Shown here: one piece after another, positions 27,495 through 32,003 of the stretch
How positions within the stretch are numbered: the first letter of the stretch is position 1
Layout: each line of letters begins with the position of its first letter
From: a virus
Taxonomy: Duplodnaviria; Caudoviricetes
Virus record (IMG/VR): IMGVR_UViG_3300017721_001389
Coordinates: 1-32,003 of that record
Reading direction: 5' to 3' (one strand)
Length of the DNA stretch: 32,003 bases
Notes under the pieces: generated by a model
Database searches by the model: none
Told to the model about the DNA's origin: nothing
What the model saw: only the letters and a program-made list of their open reading frames with translations
Translations under genes and position numbers: made by a program

Positions 27495-29819
27495 ATGAAG
27501 GAATTTCTAAGCACCGCACCCTCTGCAGAGCCGGTGTTTTATCGCACATATAGTCGTCGCAAAGAAAACGGTTCACGCGAAAACTTTAAGGAAGCGATGA
27601 CTCGCACGGTTGACGACCTTGCGCGAATTGGTGGCTTTACAGAAGAAGAATATGAGCTTGTAAAGCGTGAAGCGTTACAGCAGCATGCCTTCCCTTCTGG
27701 ACGTGCTTTCTGGGTCGCTGGCACAGCTTGGAGCAAGAAGCAGGCTAATTTTTCTGGTTATTACAACTGCACTTCGACTCATATTGAAGACTTAAGTGCG
27801 TTCGGGCTTTTGGTTGACTTGGCCATGCAAGGTTCTGGAACCGGTGCGGTTTTAGAGCAGCATGTGATTGATAAGCTTCCGGATGTAAAAAACAGAATTG
27901 ACATCGTCGAGGTGACACCTGTCGGCATTTATCCGAAAGATGCTAGGCATGATGAAACTAGGATTGATACTGTCCTGCCCTCTGGATTGGTTCAGATTCA
28001 TGTAGGCGACAGCAGGCAAGGATGGCAAGAGGCTTACCAGGCTTTGATCGATCTGGCTTTTGAAGGTATTAATTCTAACTCGGGCTTTATTAGGCTGCAC
28101 CTAGATTTTGGCAGCGTTCGATCGGCAGGAGAACGTCTTAAGGGCTTTGGCGGCACCGCTAACCCTGTCAGGCTGGAGGAGGCCTTCAGGAAGGTTGTAG
28201 ACGTGCTAAATGACGCTCAGGGACGAAAGCTGACGTCGGTAGAAGTTTGCTTGCTGATTGATGAAGCTGCGACTGCTGTAGTAGCAGGCAATATCCGTAG
28301 GTCTGCAGGTATGAGGCAATTCAGTCAAGATGATGCTGACGCCTGTACTGCAAAGCTAGGCCTTTATAAGCAAGATGCGGAAGGCAATTGGAGCGTGGAC
28401 CCTAAGAAAGAAGCCCTTCGCATGGCAAACCATACTCGTTGTTATCACACCAAGCCATCTATTGAAGAGATTAAGGATGCTGTAACTAAGCAGTTTCAGT
28501 CTGGGGAAGGCGCAATTCAGTACGTCCCTGAGGCCATCGCCAGAGCTAATGTTGACATTCTTAATCGACCTGAATATCGAGAATATTTCCTAAAAGTATA
28601 TACCGAAAAGGGAAGAGAAGCAGCTCGATCTTATCTGCATCATTTGGCAGCGATGGTTCATGGCTGTGAGATTGACAACAAAGAGATGAATCACAGGATC
28701 GATAGGTATGGATTGAATCCATGCGGCGAAATCATTGGCAGGGACTTTCACTGCAATCTTGCTGAGGTTCATCTCAATACAATCCATCCAGGCGACATCA
28801 AAACACAGCAAAATGCTTTTGAAGCGGCAGGGCTTCAGGTGGCTGCTCTGCTCAACCACGAATTCATCCACGAACGTTACCAGTATTCGAGAGAAATCGA
28901 TCCAATCGTTGGCGTTAGCTTTACCGGCCTATTTGATTTCTTGGTGCATGCGCTGGGATCTGAATGGCTTGACTGGATGATGGAAGGCCGTCCTGATGAT
29001 GGGCGTCGTTCAAAAGCCTATTTAGCTACTGAGCAAATGTACTTCCGTCGGTGGAGGAATTCTGCTCACAAAGGGGTCAAAGACTATTGCAAGTCTCGCG
29101 GCCTTCGCATCCCTAATCGCATCACAACTGTCCAGCCCGCGGGGACTAAGAGTCTATTGACCGGGGCATCTAGTGGCTGGCACCCTCCCAAGGCCCAGCG
29201 GTTCATTCGTCGGATCACTTTAGGAGTAAATGATCCATTGGTTCCGGCGCTAATTGAGTACGGCTACAGTGTAATTCCCGCTCAGTCGGCACGAGACGAG
29301 AATGGCAATCTTTTAGATGACATCGCGGATCCTCGTGTTCAAGAAGTGCTGGTTGAAATTCCAACTGAAGTGAGCTGGGCCAACCTTCCTGGATGTGACG
29401 ATCATGATCTAGCGGATCTACCTGCAGCGGCTCAGTGGGGCCTTTATATGCAAGTCCAGGCATGGTATACAGATCACAACACGTCAGCCACCATTGAATA
29501 CAGGGAGAGTGAGATCGATGTTCTTTCTAAATTGATTTACAAAGACATTCAAAATGATGGCGGATACATCTCCGCAGCATTGCTTGCGCGTTTCGATGTT
29601 GATGGCGGAACATTCCCCCGACTGCCATTCGAGCCAATCTCAAAAGAACAATATGATTCATTGATGGAAATCCAGTCAGTGTCTCAAGATGAAAACATTG
29701 ACTTTCTCGACATCCTTGACAAATACGACAGCACCAGTTGGAGCATTGAGTCAGTCGCGGGCTGTACAAATGCTGCTTGTCTAGCTAAGGCTGATTCTGA
29801 GGAACGAGTAGCGGAATGA
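27495..29819 (+). CDS. nrdJ: Class II (adenosylcobalamin-dependent) ribonucleotide reductase, monomeric type
   Basis: FPSGR, YNC, GSGTG, DSRQGW, GNIRRSA, NPCGEI, CNLAE, TTVQPAGTKSLL and C-terminal Cys pair CTNAAC. No beta-subunit gene nearby. Confidence 0.93.
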   Translation: MKEFLSTAPSAEPVFYRTYSRRKENGSRENFKEAMTRTVDDLARIGGFTEEEYELVKREALQQHAFPSGRAFWVAGTAWSKKQANFSGYYNCTSTHIEDLSAFGLLVDLAMQGSGTGAVLEQHVIDKLPDVKNRIDIVEVTPVGIYPKDARHDETRIDTVLPSGLVQIHVGDSRQGWQEAYQALIDLAFEGINSNSGFIRLHLDFGSVRSAGERLKGFGGTANPVRLEEAFRKVVDVLNDAQGRKLTSVEVCLLIDEAATAVVAGNIRRSAGMRQFSQDDADACTAKLGLYKQDAEGNWSVDPKKEALRMANHTRCYHTKPSIEEIKDAVTKQFQSGEGAIQYVPEAIARANVDILNRPEYREYFLKVYTEKGREAARSYLHHLAAMVHGCEIDNKEMNHRIDRYGLNPCGEIIGRDFHCNLAEVHLNTIHPGDIKTQQNAFEAAGLQVAALLNHEFIHERYQYSREIDPIVGVSFTGLFDFLVHALGSEWLDWMMEGRPDDGRRSKAYLATEQMYFRRWRNSAHKGVKDYCKSRGLRIPNRITTVQPAGTKSLLTGASSGWHPPKAQRFIRRITLGVNDPLVPALIEYGYSVIPAQSARDENGNLLDDIADPRVQEVLVEIPTEVSWANLPGCDDHDLADLPAAAQWGLYMQVQAWYTDHNTSATIEYRESEIDVLSKLIYKDIQNDGGYISAALLARFDVDGGTFPRLPFEPISKEQYDSLMEIQSVSQDENIDFLDILDKYDSTSWSIESVAGCTNAACLAKADSEERVAE

Positions 29820-30040
29820 AGTGGAATGAAAAGCATGTCAACAAGTTAGATTATCCGGACAATATTAAGCTGCAACAGGCGCTTGATTTTTACCGCAGTC
29901 AATACACTTGGTATGAACAGCAAGTCAGACTGAACAAAAAAATCCCTATTGACACAGGGGTTGTTCAGCATGCTTGGGACACCTTCTTAAGGCTAAGAAA
30001 TGAGCACAATCGTAGACTTTCAAATCCGCGAGCTATGTAG
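29816..30040 (+). CDS. Hypothetical protein (74 aa)
   Basis: ATGA overlap with nrdJ; overlaps the dcd start. Confidence 0.55.
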   Translation: MKWNEKHVNKLDYPDNIKLQQALDFYRSQYTWYEQQVRLNKKIPIDTGVVQHAWDTFLRLRNEHNRRLSNPRAM

Positions 30041-30500
30041 GAGCCAGGGCCTTGTAGAACCTTTTGATCCATCAATGATCAATCCTGCATCAATTGATGT
30101 AACTCTTGGCCCTGAAATGTATGCAGAGACTCGTGAGTGCACCTTTGAGAAGCGAAAGATTCTGAAGGAAGGTACTTGGGTCGCTCCTGGGGAATTTTTT
30201 CTAGCTCACACGGCAGAGATGGTTCGCATTCCCAACAGTATGGAATGTCAGTTTCAGTTAAAATCCAGTAGAGCTCGCGAGGGTTTTCAGCATCTATTGG
30301 CTGGCTACATTGATCCTGGATTCAACGGTAGGATCACGCTGGAGATTAAAAATGTCAACAGGTTTACACCTTTAAGGATTTGGCCTGGATTAAAAATGGG
30401 CCAGCTCAGGTTCGCTGATCTTGCAGAGATGCCACTAAGAGGCTACTCACAGACTGGCAGGTATCACGGAGACATGGGCGTCTCTCTTTCAAAAGGCTAG
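30000..30500 (+). CDS. dcd: dCTP deaminase
   Basis: INPASIDVTL, PGEFFLA, KSSRAREG, AGYIDPGFNGRITLEI, GQL and GRYHG. Confidence 0.92.
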   Translation: MSTIVDFQIRELCRSQGLVEPFDPSMINPASIDVTLGPEMYAETRECTFEKRKILKEGTWVAPGEFFLAHTAEMVRIPNSMECQFQLKSSRAREGFQHLLAGYIDPGFNGRITLEIKNVNRFTPLRIWPGLKMGQLRFADLAEMPLRGYSQTGRYHGDMGVSLSKG

Positions 30501-30504
30501 GGGA

Positions 30505-30532
30505 TTGACCTTTGCCATTTAGTCGCTAAGAT
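30505..30532 (+). promoter_or_regulatory. Sigma70-type promoter
   Basis: TTGACC-16 nt-TAAGAT starting 4 nt after the dcd stop. Confidence 0.55.
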
Positions 30533-30538
30533 TTGTCT

Positions 30539-30625
30539 GTACTTCATTTCTATTGAATGTAGGTACTACTGTCGAGTCAGGGAAGTTGAGGCTAATAGGC
30601 TCTGCTTTGGCAGGGTCTTTTTTAT
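30539..30625 (+). ncRNA. Candidate ~85-nt small RNA
   Basis: Bounded by a promoter and a terminator, with no ORF. Imperfect 5' hairpin GTACTTCATTTC-TATT-GAATGTAGGTAC. Confidence 0.35.
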
Positions 30626-30628
30626 TTT
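30598..30628 (+). terminator. Rho-independent terminator
   Basis: Stem GGCTCTGC/GCAGGGTC (two G-U pairs), loop TTTG, then TTTTTTATTTT. Confidence 0.8.
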
Positions 30629-30632
30629 GCAC

Positions 30633-30641
30633 GGCAACCTA
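30633..30641 (+). promoter_or_regulatory. Putative phage-sigma promoter motif GGCAACCTA before the portal gene
   Basis: Lies just after a terminator and 20 nt before ATG 30653. The same motif class recurs before about 10 other starts. Confidence 0.55.
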
Positions 30642-30652
30642 TAAGGATCAGT

Positions 30653-32003
30653 ATGGCGCGAAGCCTTCTGAGTCACTATTCAGAGTATGACGCTCACTAC
30701 ATCGCAGCGATTGCAATGCACGGAATCTCTCATCCGACAACAGATCCTGGTCTGGTCTCATACCATCGTCCAGAATTGATGCGTCTGTTGCCTCAGTTAG
30801 AGCAGGCCTACGATTGTTGGACGATCATGAACAGCACGGGCCTTGGCTCGGCAAAACAAAAGTATCTACACAAAGAACCCGCAGAACCCGTTGGTGCATA
30901 CAAGGCACGACTGGATAGATCCACATATACCCCGATCTACAGAGACGCAATCAAGTCCTACGCAGGGCTATTAAGTCGTTTTAAAATTATCGATGCTCCA
31001 AAAAGCATGGAGGCTAACAATGCAAACGTAGACATGCAAGGCTCGAGCATGCAGAGCTTTATGACTATGTGCGATGAGTTGACTCTGCGTGATGGCGGCA
31101 CTTTTGTCATGGTAGACATGATGCCGGACAATGGAAATGATAATTTCTTTGATCAGATGGATGATGGGCGCCATCCTTACTTTATTTCTGTAAATCGAGC
31201 CGATGTAATTAACTGGAATGTCAGCTACGAGCGTGGCACGGAAAGTGTTGACCAAGTTACCGTCAGGCAACTGCGTAATATCCCCGATGCGGAGAATCGT
31301 TTTGGGTCAAGGGTAGAGCCTATTTATTATGTGCTGACGCCAGGCAAAGTGGAAAGCTTTCGGCTAATCAAGACTGATGCGAACCGTTGGGAAAATCAAA
31401 AAATCGACGAGGCAACTACATCTTTACCAATTGTTCCATTGGTTTGGTATGGAGCCACAACAAGCCGATTTGCACAGGGAGATCTCCCGATGGATGGATT
31501 AGCCGACCTCAGTATTCAGCATTTTCAGATGCGATCAGACTTAGCGGAACTGCTTCACAAATGTGCCATGCCAGTCCCTGTGAGGAAAGGTGCACCTGTA
31601 GGACCCGATGGCAAGCCCGCTCCATTGATCCTTGGCCCAAATACGGCTGTCGATCTTTCTGGTGACTCGGGAGACTTTAGTTTTGCTGAACCTACAGGCA
31701 GAAGCTTAGAGCGGCATCAAAAAGAAATTGAGCATGTCGAGGAGCTGATGGATCGCAGCTCTCTTAATTTTTTATATGGCGCCAATGTCAAGACCGCTAC
31801 AGAGGCTTCACTGAGAGCCTCTCAAGTCGCCTCAAGTGTTTCTGCACTTGTAAGGAACAAATCAGCAATGTTTGGAGTCTTGATGCGCCTGTGGTCTTGG
31901 TACTCCGGAGAGCAGTCTGACATTACTAGAGAATCAGGCATTGCAGTAAATGACTCACTCATCAACAAGCCCCTAGGGGCGTCAGAAATGGCGCAACTTG
32001 TCA
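30653..32003 (+). CDS. Portal protein (DUF4055-type), 3'-truncated; absent from ORF track
   Basis: Hand translation from in-frame ATG 30653 or 30716: KYLHKEPAEPVGAYKARLDRS...SYAGLLSRF...NVDMQGSSM...DGGTFVMVDM. The same frame reads ...INKPLGASEMAQLV at the window end. Confidence 0.85.
   Translation, partial: MARSLLSHYSEYDAHYIAAIAMHGISHPTTDPGLVSYHRPELMRLLPQLEQAYDCWTIMNSTGLGSAKQKYLHKEPAEPVGAYKARLDRSTYTPIYRDAIKSYAGLLSRFKIIDAPKSMEANNANVDMQGSSMQSFMTMCDELTLRDGGTFVMVDMMPDNGNDNFFDQMDDGRHPYFISVNRADVINWNVSYERGTESVDQVTVRQLRNIPDAENRFGSRVEPIYYVLTPGKVESFRLIKTDANRWENQKIDEATTSLPIVPLVWYGATTSRFAQGDLPMDGLADLSIQHFQMRSDLAELLHKCAMPVPVRKGAPVGPDGKPAPLILGPNTAVDLSGDSGDFSFAEPTGRSLERHQKEIEHVEELMDRSSLNFLYGANVKTATEASLRASQVASSVSALVRNKSAMFGVLMRLWSWYSGEQSDITRESGIAVNDSLINKPLGASEMAQLV

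Noticed and set aside
27495-29819. Intein or intron in nrdJ (also considered for dnaB, terL, thyX)
   Set aside because: Lengths are ordinary, catalytic motifs are contiguous, and no intein-type insertion or frame break is visible.
30665-30700. Weak hairpin (TGAGTCA...TGACGCTCA) near the portal start
   Set aside because: Short and bulged, and may lie in coding sequence if ATG 30653 is used. Not distinguishable from chance.
30971-31665. Track ORFs 30971-31270 (-) and 31387-31665 (+)
   Set aside because: Shadows of the portal reading frame, which the track missed because it has no stop within the window.

Overview
Fragment of a tailed dsDNA phage genome, most consistent with a cyanobacterial siphovirus. 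The gene content recalls P-SS2/S-CBS2-type phages, but that is from memory, not a search. In order: a 5'-truncated modular tail-fibre gene and its chaperone, an unannotated 56-aa mini-fibre/adaptor ORF, a 1936-aa virion protein, an antisense 2OG-Fe(II) oxygenase and a GH73+C39 endolysin. A leftward unit (HTH initiator, DnaB helicase) sits next to an iteron-type origin candidate: DnaA box, four phased palindromic repeats and an AT-rich tract. Rightward follow Sak3-like annealase, RpoD-like sigma, SSB, DUF3310, RusA, RecE-like exonuclease, ThyX, EndoVII-like nuclease, TerS/TerL, a SigF-like sigma, DnaG, glutaredoxin, small ORFs, class II RNR, dCTP deaminase and a 3'-truncated DUF4055 portal. Best leads: the origin architecture; a GGNANNNT motif 19-31 nt before about 11 starts that may be the phage sigma regulon; a CP12-like peptide missed by the ORF track; and a promoter-hairpin-terminator unit that may be an ~85-nt sRNA. 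All protein calls come from motif recognition by eye. No tRNA, rRNA, CRISPR array, integrase, reverse transcriptase or DNA polymerase was seen.
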